The notes beneath the pieces are model-generated. The model saw only the letters and a program-made list of their open reading frames with translations, had not been told where the DNA came from and ran no database searches. Of a DNA stretch of 64,000 nt, positions 9,614 to 19,170 are shown one piece after another. Each line of letters starts with the position of its first letter. Position 1 is the first letter of the stretch. The stretch comes from a virus, in the IMG/VR virus record IMGVR_UViG_3300019776_000194, positions 1 to 64,000 of that record. One strand, 5' to 3'. A program made the translations under genes and the position numbers.

Positions 9614-9840
9614 AACTAACTAAAGTAGATATTGCAAAAGCACTTGGAATGACTTACAATGGAACTTCTTGGGTGGCTGACAGTGACGAAGAAGAGTATG
9701 AAGCTCACGAGTTTAGCTTTGGTGGCAAGATAATATTTGTTTGGGCTACTTACAGAAACTTAGACGAAGCTTGGGAAGAAGCTGCTGAGAAGTTGTTAGA
9801 GCCTTTGGTAGATTATTTGCTTGGGAATTTGGATGATTGA
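9610..9840 (+). CDS. hypothetical protein
   Basis: GGAGG RBS, ATGA overlap. Confidence 0.65.
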   Translation: MKLTKVDIAKALGMTYNGTSWVADSDEEEYEAHEFSFGGKIIFVWATYRNLDEAWEEAAEKLLEPLVDYLLGNLDD

Positions 9841-9849
9841 TAGGGAGGT

Positions 9850-11988
9850 GTGAGTATGGCAACAGAGCTTGTAGGTTGGTATGTTGATGCAGAAGCTGAT
9901 GATTTATATCTGCAAGCTTCTAAAACTTGGTATGCTAAATTAAAAACATTCGATGGCAGTAGAGAGCTGCAGGTATTCCCTTTCCGAGATGGAGTAGAGG
10001 ATACATACAATAAAATCTCTGAATGGATACATTCGTTTCCTGATGGCACACTTGTAGCTGGACACAACATTCTTGGTTATGACTTATGGCTGTTCTGGAA
10101 ACTTTACGACATTGTACCTCGTGTTGGTAAGCAGTCTAAAGATTGGCTTGATGGTAAGCATGTACAATTTGTTGACACATATGTTTTGTCAATGTTCTTG
10201 AATCCAGACCTACCTAAGCATTCTCTTGAGTATCTATCAGGTGGTGATGAGAACGAAGATGGTAAGATTAACTATCGCAAGAGTCTGATTGAAGTTGGAG
10301 CATTAGCATCTGATGCACCTAAAGGAGCTGAGTTCAAGTTCTTTCACGAGCTTATGGTTCCATACTGTGATCGTGACGTTGACGCAGGTATTGTCGTCTT
10401 GAAGAAGTTATGGAATAAGGCTAAAGAACTCTATAAAGATGAGTGGCTCCATCCTAGCTTCAAGCAGATTCAGAAAGACTTCTGGCTTTACAGTGCTCAA
10501 GCATATACTGGCGTAAAGTTTAACAAAGAGAAAGCAGAAGCGTTAGTAGAGGTTGTCACAATTGAGATGCAGAAGCTTAAAGAAGAAGTAGACCCATTAC
10601 TACCTCCAAGACCTCTTAAAACGGCTGAGGAAGCATTCTACAAGATGCCAGCAAAGCCTTTCACTAAGTCTGGAGAAATGTCTGCTAACATGGTTAAATG
10701 GCTTGAGAAGCACAACGCAACTATTGATGCTGAGGGATACATTCATGCTTATGGTACAAAATGTAAACTTGAAGCTAACAAGGTGTTCCCTATTAAGCTC
10801 CCAATGGAAATCGACGATAATACTGAGCTTAAAGATTGGTTCATTGCACAAGGGTGGGAGGCTAGTGAAGGATTTTGGAACTTCAAGAAAGACCCTGTAA
10901 CGAAGAAAAACATGCGCGATGATAAAGGTAAGCTGATTCCTACAACTCCTAAGATTCAGTCTCAAGGTGTTATCTGTCCAAACTTATTAAAGCTTGAGGG
11001 AGAAATTCCAGCTAAGGTTGTAAAGTTCTTGTCCTACCGTAATCGCTTAGGTGTTGTTACAGGTTGGTTGAATAACTGGAGACTTGATTTTGATGGCAGA
11101 CTGAGTGCTGAGATTAGTGGTTATGCCCCTACAAGTCGTGTTAAACATCGTCTCATCTGCAATGTCCCGAAGGCAGATATTAAGGTGTTACTTGGGAATG
11201 AAATGCGTGACTTGTTCACATGCGAGGATGGTTATCATTATGTAGGTTGTGACGCAGCCGCGCTGGAGGCGAGAACCCTCGCAAGCTATACTTGGAAATA
11301 TGACTACGGTTCGTATGCTAAGTTATTGCTTGAAGGAGATGTTCATACTGCTAATGCGTTTGCTTTTTTTCCTCACTTGCACAAAGAATTCGACATTAAC
11401 GAACCTGAATTGAAAGAAAATCCTAAGTTTAAGCCTTGGAGAAATAAGGCTAAGACAGGGCAGTATTTATTAGCTTTCGGTGGAGGAGCACCAAAGCTTG
11501 CTCAGAGCTTAGGTTTATCATCAACAGAGGGTAAAAAATCTTTCGATAACTACTGGACTACTAATGCAGGATTAGGATTGTTGAAAGAAGCTGCTGAGAA
11601 ATATTACACAACAGTTGGTAAGAGTAAATACATTGTAGGAATTGATGGGAGACAAGTTTCTGTGCGAGGCAAGAACGTCTTACTATCGTGTTTAGGACAA
11701 GGCTTAGGTGCTATCTGTATGTCTTATTCAGCTTGTTTTATGGATACTTGGTTGGGCGAGTTACACCTAGATGATAAAGGCAGACCTCATTATGTTTACA
11801 AAGGATTTATTGTAAAAAGGTTGTCAAAAGTGCATGACGAATACTCATGGGAAGTTGAAGATGGGTTAGAGGAAGAGATTCGAGAAATGGCAGAGAAGGC
11901 TATTGTCAAAGCAGGTGAGTATTTAAAGCTATCTATTCCCTTAGCTGCTGAAGGTAAGGTCGGGAAATCATGGAAGGACGTACATTGA
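9850..11988 (+). CDS. family A DNA polymerase with 3'-5' exonuclease
   Basis: ExoI DAE, ExoII GHNILGYD, ExoIII YCDRD; motif A DAAALEAR, motif B RNKAKTGQY, motif C VHDE. Confidence 0.95.
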   Translation: MSMATELVGWYVDAEADDLYLQASKTWYAKLKTFDGSRELQVFPFRDGVEDTYNKISEWIHSFPDGTLVAGHNILGYDLWLFWKLYDIVPRVGKQSKDWLDGKHVQFVDTYVLSMFLNPDLPKHSLEYLSGGDENEDGKINYRKSLIEVGALASDAPKGAEFKFFHELMVPYCDRDVDAGIVVLKKLWNKAKELYKDEWLHPSFKQIQKDFWLYSAQAYTGVKFNKEKAEALVEVVTIEMQKLKEEVDPLLPPRPLKTAEEAFYKMPAKPFTKSGEMSANMVKWLEKHNATIDAEGYIHAYGTKCKLEANKVFPIKLPMEIDDNTELKDWFIAQGWEASEGFWNFKKDPVTKKNMRDDKGKLIPTTPKIQSQGVICPNLLKLEGEIPAKVVKFLSYRNRLGVVTGWLNNWRLDFDGRLSAEISGYAPTSRVKHRLICNVPKADIKVLLGNEMRDLFTCEDGYHYVGCDAAALEARTLASYTWKYDYGSYAKLLLEGDVHTANAFAFFPHLHKEFDINEPELKENPKFKPWRNKAKTGQYLLAFGGGAPKLAQSLGLSSTEGKKSFDNYWTTNAGLGLLKEAAEKYYTTVGKSKYIVGIDGRQVSVRGKNVLLSCLGQGLGAICMSYSACFMDTWLGELHLDDKGRPHYVYKGFIVKRLSKVHDEYSWEVEDGLEEEIREMAEKAIVKAGEYLKLSIPLAAEGKVGKSWKDVH

Positions 11989-12013
11989 CAATTACCTGTT
12001 TTCGTTGTACAAT
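11985..12013 (+). promoter_or_regulatory. sigma70-like promoter for HNH gene
   Basis: TTGACA-17-TACAAT; the -35 contains the polymerase TGA stop. Confidence 0.7.
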
Positions 12014-12040
12014 ATTGTTTTAACTTTACAAGGAAAACTT

Positions 12041-12610
12041 ATGGAAATTGAAGAGTTGTTTTATTATTGCGAGGACAGCCCAACAGGTCTGCGAAGAAAG
12101 ACTGATTGGGTATCTGGTAAGAATTACAAAGTTATTAGAGGGTTCAGAGGGGATGTAGCTGGAAGTCAAGGGGGAGGTAGATGTCAATACTGGATGGTTA
12201 AGGTTGGAAACAAAACACTACGTTGTCACAGAATCGTGTGGGAGTTATGTCGTGGAAAACTGGATAAGACTGTGCAGATAGACCATATTGACGGGAACTC
12301 TTTGAACAACAGAATTGAGAATCTTCGTGTTGTTACTAACAAAACCAACTCTAGAAACCAGAAATTCAGGAGTACGAATACCTCTGGCGTATGTGGAGTT
12401 GGTCTTCTTATAAATAAAACAAAAAGTGGTGAGAACAGGTATTGGAAGGCTCAGTGGAATAACTTAGAAGGTAAAAGATGTGCTAAGTGCTTCTCTGTGG
12501 CTTTGTATGGGGAGGAAGAAGCTTTCAAACTAGCTTGTAAGTACAGGGAGAAGGTGATGCAAGAACTTAACGAAGCAGGAGCTGGGTATATTCCTAGACA
12601 TGGCACTTGA
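12041..12610 (+). CDS. HNH homing endonuclease with AP2-like C-terminal domain
   Basis: HRIVW...IDHIDGNSLNNRIENLR; C-terminal NTSGVCGV...FSVALYGEEEAF. Confidence 0.88.
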   Translation: MEIEELFYYCEDSPTGLRRKTDWVSGKNYKVIRGFRGDVAGSQGGGRCQYWMVKVGNKTLRCHRIVWELCRGKLDKTVQIDHIDGNSLNNRIENLRVVTNKTNSRNQKFRSTNTSGVCGVGLLINKTKSGENRYWKAQWNNLEGKRCAKCFSVALYGEEEAFKLACKYREKVMQELNEAGAGYIPRHGT

Positions 12611-12635
12611 CAAGTCCAACAGAACGCTCTACAAT
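12607..12635 (+). promoter_or_regulatory. sigma70-like promoter
   Basis: TTGACA-17-TACAAT; the -35 contains the HNH TGA stop. Confidence 0.7.
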
Positions 12636-12665
12636 ATCACTTATTAACAAACAGAAGGAGGAATT

Positions 12666-13178
12666 ATGACAACAGTATCACAAGTAGGAAACATTGACAG
12701 CAACGAGAAAGGCTCTGGTGCTCGTTACAATAGTGGGAAGCCTGATTATTCAATGTTGTTATTGAGTGATTTTGCGGAGTATATTGCCAGCACAGTGTCT
12801 TCAGATTTTTGTGACTTAACCAATGTGTTATTTCAACTTGGGGAGTTTCAGAAGACCCACAGTGCTGTAAACTTGGGGACAATCTTACAGATTCTTGGAG
12901 ACGATGCTATAGAAGAATCTACGCATGTGTTCACTTACGGAGCAGCTAAGTATAAGAAATTTAATTGGATGAAGGGTATGCAGTGGAGTGTTCCTTTAGC
13001 ATGTGCAGTACGTCACACGTTGGCAATCATTAATGGTGAAGAAGTTGATGCAGAGTCTGGACGCAAACATTTGGGACATATTTGCTGTAACGTAATGATG
13101 CTAATTCACTATACGCAATACTACAAAGAAGGTAATGATTTGCCTCCACGAGAGTTGTTTGAGGACAGTTATGAGTAG
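12666..13178 (+). CDS. dATP/dGTP diphosphohydrolase-domain protein (DUF5664-like)
   Basis: GxRYNxGKP, YGAAKY..NWxKG, RH, DxESGxxHLxH..CN motifs. Confidence 0.8.
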   Translation: MTTVSQVGNIDSNEKGSGARYNSGKPDYSMLLLSDFAEYIASTVSSDFCDLTNVLFQLGEFQKTHSAVNLGTILQILGDDAIEESTHVFTYGAAKYKKFNWMKGMQWSVPLACAVRHTLAIINGEEVDAESGRKHLGHICCNVMMLIHYTQYYKEGNDLPPRELFEDSYE

Positions 13179-13464
13179 TCTACAAGAGCCACCTATGTTA
13201 TACTTCCTAGCAATGCTATCAAGCTTTGTATTCGTGTTTCTCAAAGCATGGCAACAGCAAAACATCGCTCATAGAACATACTGGTGGATTATGCCAACTT
13301 CTATGTTAATGGCTGTGACAGAAGTTTACTCTGTTTCCATTATGGCTAAGAATGGGCTTGGGTGGATTGTAGTCTTTGTAGGAGTTGGAGCAGGTCTTGG
13401 TGGATCACTGTCAGCTTACTTGCACCATAGATTCTTAATCAAGGAGAAACCATGCCAACAATAG
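13171..13464 (+). CDS. small multi-pass membrane protein
   Basis: Three hydrophobic segments; GAGG RBS before ATG 13171. Confidence 0.65.
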   Translation: MSSLQEPPMLYFLAMLSSFVFVFLKAWQQQNIAHRTYWWIMPTSMLMAVTEVYSVSIMAKNGLGWIVVFVGVGAGLGGSLSAYLHHRFLIKEKPCQQ

Positions 13465-13637
13465 AGGCTAAGTACAACTACCTCCTATCACTCCTCGAAA
13501 TACAAGACATAGATTTATTTGAGAAAGATGCTTGCATAGGAATGCCAAACAGGATATACTTTCAATTCAATGAGTATGAAGTTGTAGGAATGTCTGTAGA
13601 TGATGTTTTGAATAAGTTAGTAAAGGAGAAAACATGA
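13452..13637 (+). CDS. hypothetical protein
   Basis: AAGGAGAA RBS. Confidence 0.65.
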   Translation: MPTIEAKYNYLLSLLEIQDIDLFEKDACIGMPNRIYFQFNEYEVVGMSVDDVLNKLVKEKT

Positions 13638-13927
13638 AACGAACAGTGAAAGAATTATTGCTCAAAGATTTTAATCTAGACGGATACACTGTCGGAGCTG
13701 CTGTAGATTTATTAAACAATTTTAACAGAGATGCTAAAATAGAATTTCTAACTCGATGGGAGTATGATACGTGCTTTGAGATTGAGTTAGTCCGTGAGCA
13801 AACAGATGAAGAGTATGCTTCAGAGCTTGCCAAGAAACAAGCGGAAGAGACAGCAGAGAAAGTAAGAGAGTATGAAGCGTATTTGAAGTTGAAGGCTATC
13901 TACGACAAACTCGATGAAAATGTTTGA
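13634..13927 (+). CDS. hypothetical protein
   Basis: AAGGAGAA RBS. Confidence 0.7.
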   Translation: MKRTVKELLLKDFNLDGYTVGAAVDLLNNFNRDAKIEFLTRWEYDTCFEIELVREQTDEEYASELAKKQAEETAEKVREYEAYLKLKAIYDKLDENV

Positions 13928-13952
13928 CAAGAAGTTTTAAAGTGTGTATAAT
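13924..13952 (+). promoter_or_regulatory. consensus sigma70 promoter upstream of ssb
   Basis: TTGACA-17-TATAAT. Confidence 0.85.
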
Positions 13953-14058
13953 TACGTTTCAAGTGTAGCACATTCATTCTAATGTGCAGGCAGTGTAGTG
14001 TCTTTAGGCAAGTGCTCTACGCAAATCTAAGTAGCAATTCTATAAAGGAAACTAAACA

Positions 14059-14715
14059 ATGGCAACTAAACAAAAAGCTCAATACGGTACTATCGAAGGT
14101 ACTCTTGTCTACGCTAAAGTAGGTCAACCAGACACCAAATATCAAAGTACAGATAAGGAGTGGAGTATTGAAGTAATCGTAGACGAAGATACAGCAGATG
14201 CATGGGATGCACAATTTAAGAAGCAACCAGCTAAGAAGATTAAAGCTTCTGAGTTTGAAGCTAAATACAAGATTCCTGTACCTGATGCTTTGAAGAATGA
14301 GAAGAACGTCTTTGGTATTAAGCTCAAACGTCAAGCTACAAATGATGGTGTGCCAGTGGATGATGAGTTCCGTCCAAAGGTGTTTGTAGATGATACAGAA
14401 GGTAATCGTACAGAGATTGGTCAAAGTAGATTGATTGCTAATGGCTCATTTGGTAAAGTCTCTTACTACATCTCTACAAATGACTTCGGTACATTTGCTC
14501 GTTTGCAAAATGTGTTGATGGAAGAGGATAATTTTATTGAGTATGAGTCTTCTGGTGGCAGTGGCAAGGCTGGTGATGAGTTTGGCTCTAAGCCAGTGAA
14601 GACAGAAGCTCCTCGTAAGGAAGTTCTTGAAGCACGTCCTGGGAAGGCAGCTCCAGCTAAGAAAGCTAAGCCAGTGGTGTTGGAAGAAGATGACCTTGAA
14701 AGTTCTCCTTTCTGA
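14059..14715 (+). CDS. single-stranded DNA-binding protein (T7 gp2.5-like)
   Basis: IANGS motif, acidic tail ending EEDDLESSPF, replication-module context. Confidence 0.75.
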   Translation: MATKQKAQYGTIEGTLVYAKVGQPDTKYQSTDKEWSIEVIVDEDTADAWDAQFKKQPAKKIKASEFEAKYKIPVPDALKNEKNVFGIKLKRQATNDGVPVDDEFRPKVFVDDTEGNRTEIGQSRLIANGSFGKVSYYISTNDFGTFARLQNVLMEEDNFIEYESSGGSGKAGDEFGSKPVKTEAPRKEVLEARPGKAAPAKKAKPVVLEEDDLESSPF

Positions 14716-14748
14716 GTGTAAAGTAACTTAACCGTATGTAATACAGAC

Positions 14749-14790
14749 AAAGCCCTTGCTCCTCGTGGGGGTGAGGGCTTTATAGTTTTA
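14749..14790 (+). terminator. Rho-independent terminator after ssb
   Basis: AAAGCCCTTGC...GTGAGGGCTTT stem followed by T-rich tail. Confidence 0.7.
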
Positions 14791-14803
14791 TAAGGAGAAG
14801 AAT

Positions 14804-15022
14804 ATGGGAATAGTAAAACATTTTAGAAGTTTAGGTGACGAAGATGAAGTACCTGCAAGAAATCTGTACGTATTAGAGAACACACAAGGATATAACGATT
14901 ATAATAACGGGTATTCTCTGTCTCAGAATCCTTACAATGCTAAGTATTCGGAGGCACAGAACATTGCTTGGCAAGTGGGTTGGTTACGTGCTAAACAAGA
15001 CTTGAACATGTTTGGTATTTAG
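14804..15022 (+). CDS. Rmf/CrpP-like small protein
   Basis: GY..Y..G....NPY......AWxxGW pattern. Confidence 0.5.
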   Translation: MGIVKHFRSLGDEDEVPARNLYVLENTQGYNDYNNGYSLSQNPYNAKYSEAQNIAWQVGWLRAKQDLNMFGI

Positions 15023-15034
15023 TTAGGAGAACAA

Positions 15035-15211
15035 ATGGAAGACATTACAACACTACGACAGTTCACTCTGTGGATGTTCAAGCAACCTCAAGCTGAGGAG
15101 ATTCTGGCAAACTCTCCAATATTGCGACAGGTTTATAGTGAGATTAAACGTAGCACAATTAACAAGCGACAGAGGTTAAAAATGGTTGCTATGAGGAAGG
15201 GGAAGCGATGA
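15035..15211 (+). CDS. hypothetical protein (58 aa, not in ORF track)
   Basis: AGGAGAA RBS; MEDITTLRQF...; stop overlaps the next ATG. Confidence 0.6.
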   Translation: MEDITTLRQFTLWMFKQPQAEEILANSPILRQVYSEIKRSTINKRQRLKMVAMRKGKR

Positions 15212-16314
15212 GTAAACTTGTTTTTGATATAGACTTCATCATTTTTGCAGCAGTAAGCATCGCAGAAGAGAAGTTTATCACAGCAACACATGTTCCTACA
15301 GGTCGTAAGTTTGAATTTGATAACAAGACGAGTTTGTGGGGGCATTACAAGAAAAAAGAAGGTGGCTGGATTGCAGAAGAGAATGCAAAGAACGGTAACA
15401 ACTTCTACAAACCTGAAGATTTTGAAGTGGTAGAGTGTCAACGTCCAAGACCTTTCAAAGTCAAGTATGTAGATAAACTCACAGGTGAGCCTGACCCATC
15501 TAAAGATTATTTCATAAGCCCTTGGGAGGGCGCTAAGAATGTTCTAAACTCTAAGATAGAGAGTATCTGTGAGAAGCTGGGCACAAAAGAGTATTTCGGG
15601 TACACTAGCAAAGGGAAGACATTTCGAGAAGACATTGCAACCATCTTACCCTATAAAGGCAATCGTACAGGACTCAGACCTTTGCTACTTGACAAGATGA
15701 AAGACTACGTATGTGAGCGACACAACATCACTTTGGTAGAGAATATTGAGTCTGATGATGCTGTCAACATTGCAACGCTTGAAGGTTACAATAATTGGGT
15801 CAAGAATGGTAAGAAGGACTGTGACAAAGTTATCTGTGTTCAGGAAGACAAGGATGGCAAGCAATGTAGTGGTTGGCACTTCAATCCTAACAAAGACGAT
15901 AAACCAAGACTTATAGAAGGGCTAGGAAGCCTCTGGTTGGACTCTAAAGGTAAAGTAGATGGTTGCGGTAGGATGTGGCTATTACATCAAGTGTTAAGTT
16001 CAGATGACAGCGATAACTATGCGAGCAATTCAGCATCTGATATTGCTTGGGGTGAAAAGAGTTCTTACAAGTTATTGAAGGACTGTAAGACAGATCGAGA
16101 AGCATTTGAAGCTGTTGTAAAAGGTTACAAAACACTTTACCCAAAACCTATAACTATGGTAAACTTTCGAGGTGATACAATCGTTGTTGATTGGTTATAC
16201 GCAATGAACGAAAACTTCAACTTGGCAAGAATGCTTAGAAAGGTAGATGAAGGTACTATAGATATTGCCACTGTGTTGAAGAAGCTTGACATCCCTCTGG
16301 AGGACACACAATGA
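15208..16314 (+). CDS. 5'-3' exonuclease (T7 gp6/T5 D15-like)
   Basis: FDIDF, FRxxIA...YKGNR, ESDDA, DKD, DxSDNY motifs. Confidence 0.85.
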   Translation: MSKLVFDIDFIIFAAVSIAEEKFITATHVPTGRKFEFDNKTSLWGHYKKKEGGWIAEENAKNGNNFYKPEDFEVVECQRPRPFKVKYVDKLTGEPDPSKDYFISPWEGAKNVLNSKIESICEKLGTKEYFGYTSKGKTFREDIATILPYKGNRTGLRPLLLDKMKDYVCERHNITLVENIESDDAVNIATLEGYNNWVKNGKKDCDKVICVQEDKDGKQCSGWHFNPNKDDKPRLIEGLGSLWLDSKGKVDGCGRMWLLHQVLSSDDSDNYASNSASDIAWGEKSSYKLLKDCKTDREAFEAVVKGYKTLYPKPITMVNFRGDTIVVDWLYAMNENFNLARMLRKVDEGTIDIATVLKKLDIPLEDTQ

Positions 16315-16502
16315 GCTGGAACAACGTACTACCAGCTTGGATGCTATTTGAAGAGTCTGCCAAACGTCATGCTATGTGGAGCTGTGCAATGGAAGAGGAA
16401 TGGGATGCTGGTATTTCTGTAGAGGTTCCTAGGAGCTTGTGGAGCATCTCTAGCGCATGTTTTGAAAGTTACAATGAGGGGAAATGGAATGAAGGCAAAT
16501 AA
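16311..16502 (+). CDS. hypothetical protein
   Basis: GGAGG RBS, ATGA overlap. Confidence 0.6.
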   Translation: MSWNNVLPAWMLFEESAKRHAMWSCAMEEEWDAGISVEVPRSLWSISSACFESYNEGKWNEGK

Positions 16503-17007
16503 AAAGAAGCCTGACATATTCACATGGCTTCGTTCAGGACTTAGGAAACTCTCTCAGCGTCACGCACCAATCTATGAAGCGAAAGCTGCAGCAAAGCGAC
16601 CCTACACAGGAGACAATCCAAGACAACGTGTGTGTTTTGAATGTGCTGAATGCAAAGCTCTTGTAGCTAATTCTGAATGTGCTGTCGATCATATTGAAGA
16701 AGCAGGACAGCTTACATGTTGGGATGATTTAGGAGAGTTTGCACGTAAGTTGTTCTGTGCCAAGGAAGGCTTGCAAGTGCTCTGCCACGATTGCCACAAT
16801 ATTAAGACACACATGGCAAAGAACAAATGCAGCAAAGAAGAAGCAGAGATACAGAAGTGTGTAATCAATATTCTAAAAACAGAATCTAAAGAGGACGTTA
16901 TTAACTTCATCAATATGTGGGATTTTGAAGAAAACTACTTGACCAATAACGAAGCTTCACGTAGAATGAGTTTGTTGGAGATTTACAAATTTATTTATAA
17001 GGAGTGA
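16489..17007 (+). CDS. HNH-type endonuclease
   Basis: CxxC...VDHI...LQVLCHDCHNIKT. Confidence 0.8.
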   Translation: MKANKKKPDIFTWLRSGLRKLSQRHAPIYEAKAAAKRPYTGDNPRQRVCFECAECKALVANSECAVDHIEEAGQLTCWDDLGEFARKLFCAKEGLQVLCHDCHNIKTHMAKNKCSKEEAEIQKCVINILKTESKEDVINFINMWDFEENYLTNNEASRRMSLLEIYKFIYKE

Positions 17008-17013
17008 AACACT

Positions 17014-17397
17014 ATGAGAGCTAAATGTATTCGTAACTATTATGGCGTAAATCGTTTTAATGTTGGGCAAATTTATGAAGTAAGACCATCTCACTCTACT
17101 GGTCTTGTTGATGTGTTGGTTAAAGGGGAGTGGAGTATAGGATGGGCTGACAACAGGTTTGAATTTTTGTATGAAGTATCCGCAGAACCAGAAAAGAAAC
17201 TCAACACAACCTCCTTAGCACAACACTTAGTCTCAAAGCTCTTTGAGCTAGGTAACGAAGGCGATAAGCTTACAAATCGTATTAGCTTCATGGTGGGAAC
17301 ATACGGAGTTGATGATGAGTGTTCTGGTGGAATGAATAAGGTTGCTTTAGAGAAGTTCTTTGAACGTGTTATTGAGAGTTATAAGGAGAATGTATGA
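17014..17397 (+). CDS. hypothetical protein
   Basis: AAGGAG RBS. Confidence 0.65.
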   Translation: MRAKCIRNYYGVNRFNVGQIYEVRPSHSTGLVDVLVKGEWSIGWADNRFEFLYEVSAEPEKKLNTTSLAQHLVSKLFELGNEGDKLTNRISFMVGTYGVDDECSGGMNKVALEKFFERVIESYKENV

Positions 17398-17567
17398 ACA
17401 TACCAGAGCGTTACACAAAAGAGGATGCTACAGAGGAAGATAAGCAAGTGTATGAGCAATACAAAGGCATCCTGAGTAACTTTAAAACAGCTACAGAGGG
17501 TTTGTATATGGTTATGCAACCATTATATGCACCATTAATTGAACATAAGGAGAATGACATTGAATAA
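17394..17567 (+). CDS. hypothetical protein (not in ORF track)
   Basis: AAGGAGAA RBS; MNIPERYTKE... open frame. Confidence 0.55.
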   Translation: MNIPERYTKEDATEEDKQVYEQYKGILSNFKTATEGLYMVMQPLYAPLIEHKENDIE

Positions 17568-18615
17568 TAATAACGACTGGAAACAACTGGCAATCCGACT
17601 TGCCGAGACTAATGCCCTAAGCTGGAGAGGAATTGCACGAGAGTTAGATGTACCTAAAAGCTCTGTATCAGATCACCTCCGAGCTTACTATAAAGAACGT
17701 GAGAAGGTGGATGATGATACGGATGCTGTCAAACGGGTTGATGAGATGTATGAACAAGCTAGTGTAGTTGCTGACAAAGAATCAGTTAGTTATGAGTCTG
17801 TATTCAAGATAGCCACAGACAAAACAAAACAAGAAGGAACACACTTATTCATTCCAGATGTGCAAGCCAAAGAAGGTGTAGATTTTTCTCACTTAGCTGC
17901 ACTAGGTAACTACATTGTTCATAAGAAACCAGATGTGATTATCAATATTGGCGATTTTGCTGATATGGAAAGTTTATCTTCTTGGGACAAAGGTAAGAAG
18001 TCTGCTGAGGGTAAGCGAGTTATCAAGGATATTAATGCAGCTATTGAAGCTATGTGGATTTTATTAGAGCCTTTGTATAATCTGCAACAATTAGAGCTTG
18101 AAGAATTCGGAGAGATTAAATACAAACCTCGGATGGTTTTGTGTCTGGGGAACCATGAGGACAGGATTACTCGCCATGTAAACAGTTGTCCAGAACTTGA
18201 TGGATTCTTAGGAATACACAGTTTAAAGTACGAAGAGTTCGGTTGGGAAGTTTATTCTTTCCTAACTCCAGTAACAGTAGGAGGAATTGCATATTGCCAC
18301 TACTTCCAAAATGTAATGACAGGCAAGCCAATGACAGGTACTGCAGCTAATATGCTCCCTAAAATTGCACGTTCATTTTCGATGGGACACCGCCAAGTGT
18401 TAGATATTGCAACTCGTTATTTGCAGATTGACGGAGAGCAACAGTTTGGATTGATTGCAGGTGCATTTTACATGCACGAAGAAGATTACAAAGGTCAGCA
18501 GGGGAACCATCATTGGCGGGGAATTGTTGTTAAGCATAATGTAAAAGCTGGTAGCTACAACCCTATGATGGTAAGCATTGATTGGTTGTTGGAGAACTAT
18601 GGAGAAACAGTATGA
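17560..18615 (+). CDS. calcineurin-like metallophosphoesterase with N-terminal HTH
   Basis: PDxQ, GDFAD, GNHE, GH motifs; SWRGIARELDVPKSSVSDHL HTH; start codon uncertain. Confidence 0.85.
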   Translation: MNNNNDWKQLAIRLAETNALSWRGIARELDVPKSSVSDHLRAYYKEREKVDDDTDAVKRVDEMYEQASVVADKESVSYESVFKIATDKTKQEGTHLFIPDVQAKEGVDFSHLAALGNYIVHKKPDVIINIGDFADMESLSSWDKGKKSAEGKRVIKDINAAIEAMWILLEPLYNLQQLELEEFGEIKYKPRMVLCLGNHEDRITRHVNSCPELDGFLGIHSLKYEEFGWEVYSFLTPVTVGGIAYCHYFQNVMTGKPMTGTAANMLPKIARSFSMGHRQVLDIATRYLQIDGEQQFGLIAGAFYMHEEDYKGQQGNHHWRGIVVKHNVKAGSYNPMMVSIDWLLENYGETV

Positions 18616-18842
18616 ACAATACTACACTAAAACAAGAGTTAGAAAAGTTATCTGACAAAATCTTTGATAACGCAGATGAATTTATCAGTGTAATGTTTCC
18701 TAATGTCAAACCAGATACAGAACTATGCGGTGTGTACTTTAGTGCATATTCTTGCAGAGTTGAGATGGTATTATATTGTGGTCAGCATATCGTGGATGGA
18801 GTACCTATGGGCGCAGTGTTACAGTGGTTGGAGGATAAATAA
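18612..18842 (+). CDS. hypothetical protein
   Basis: GGAGAA RBS. Confidence 0.6.
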   Translation: MNNTTLKQELEKLSDKIFDNADEFISVMFPNVKPDTELCGVYFSAYSCRVEMVLYCGQHIVDGVPMGAVLQWLEDK

Positions 18843-19159
18843 TGCAATCCATTACAATCCCTCTATTCAGAAACATCCTACTAACACTCTATGAGAGCGG
18901 CTACATATCAATAGCTCCACAAGGGAACGTAGGAGTTCTTGCAGACAAGACAGCTCTCTTTGACGACAAAGGATATTCTGTAGGATGTACACAGTATCAT
19001 TATGGTGTGGCTTATGCGTATAAGAACGAACCAGATTTGTTAGAATATTTGAAAAGCCTAGACTTGAAGCCCCAAACACTGTATAATGCTTTTATTGTTC
19101 AAGAGAAATTACAAGAGCAAATGCGACAGCACATGGGAAATTTTAACTTTAATTTTTAG
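18842..19159 (+). CDS. hypothetical protein
   Basis: GGAGG RBS. Confidence 0.65.
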   Translation: MQSITIPLFRNILLTLYESGYISIAPQGNVGVLADKTALFDDKGYSVGCTQYHYGVAYAYKNEPDLLEYLKSLDLKPQTLYNAFIVQEKLQEQMRQHMGNFNFNF

Positions 19160-19170
19160 GAGGGTTTGTT

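Noticed and set aside
12666-13178. Z-genome (2-aminoadenine) system
   Set aside because: No purZ in the window; the hydrolase alone is insufficient evidence
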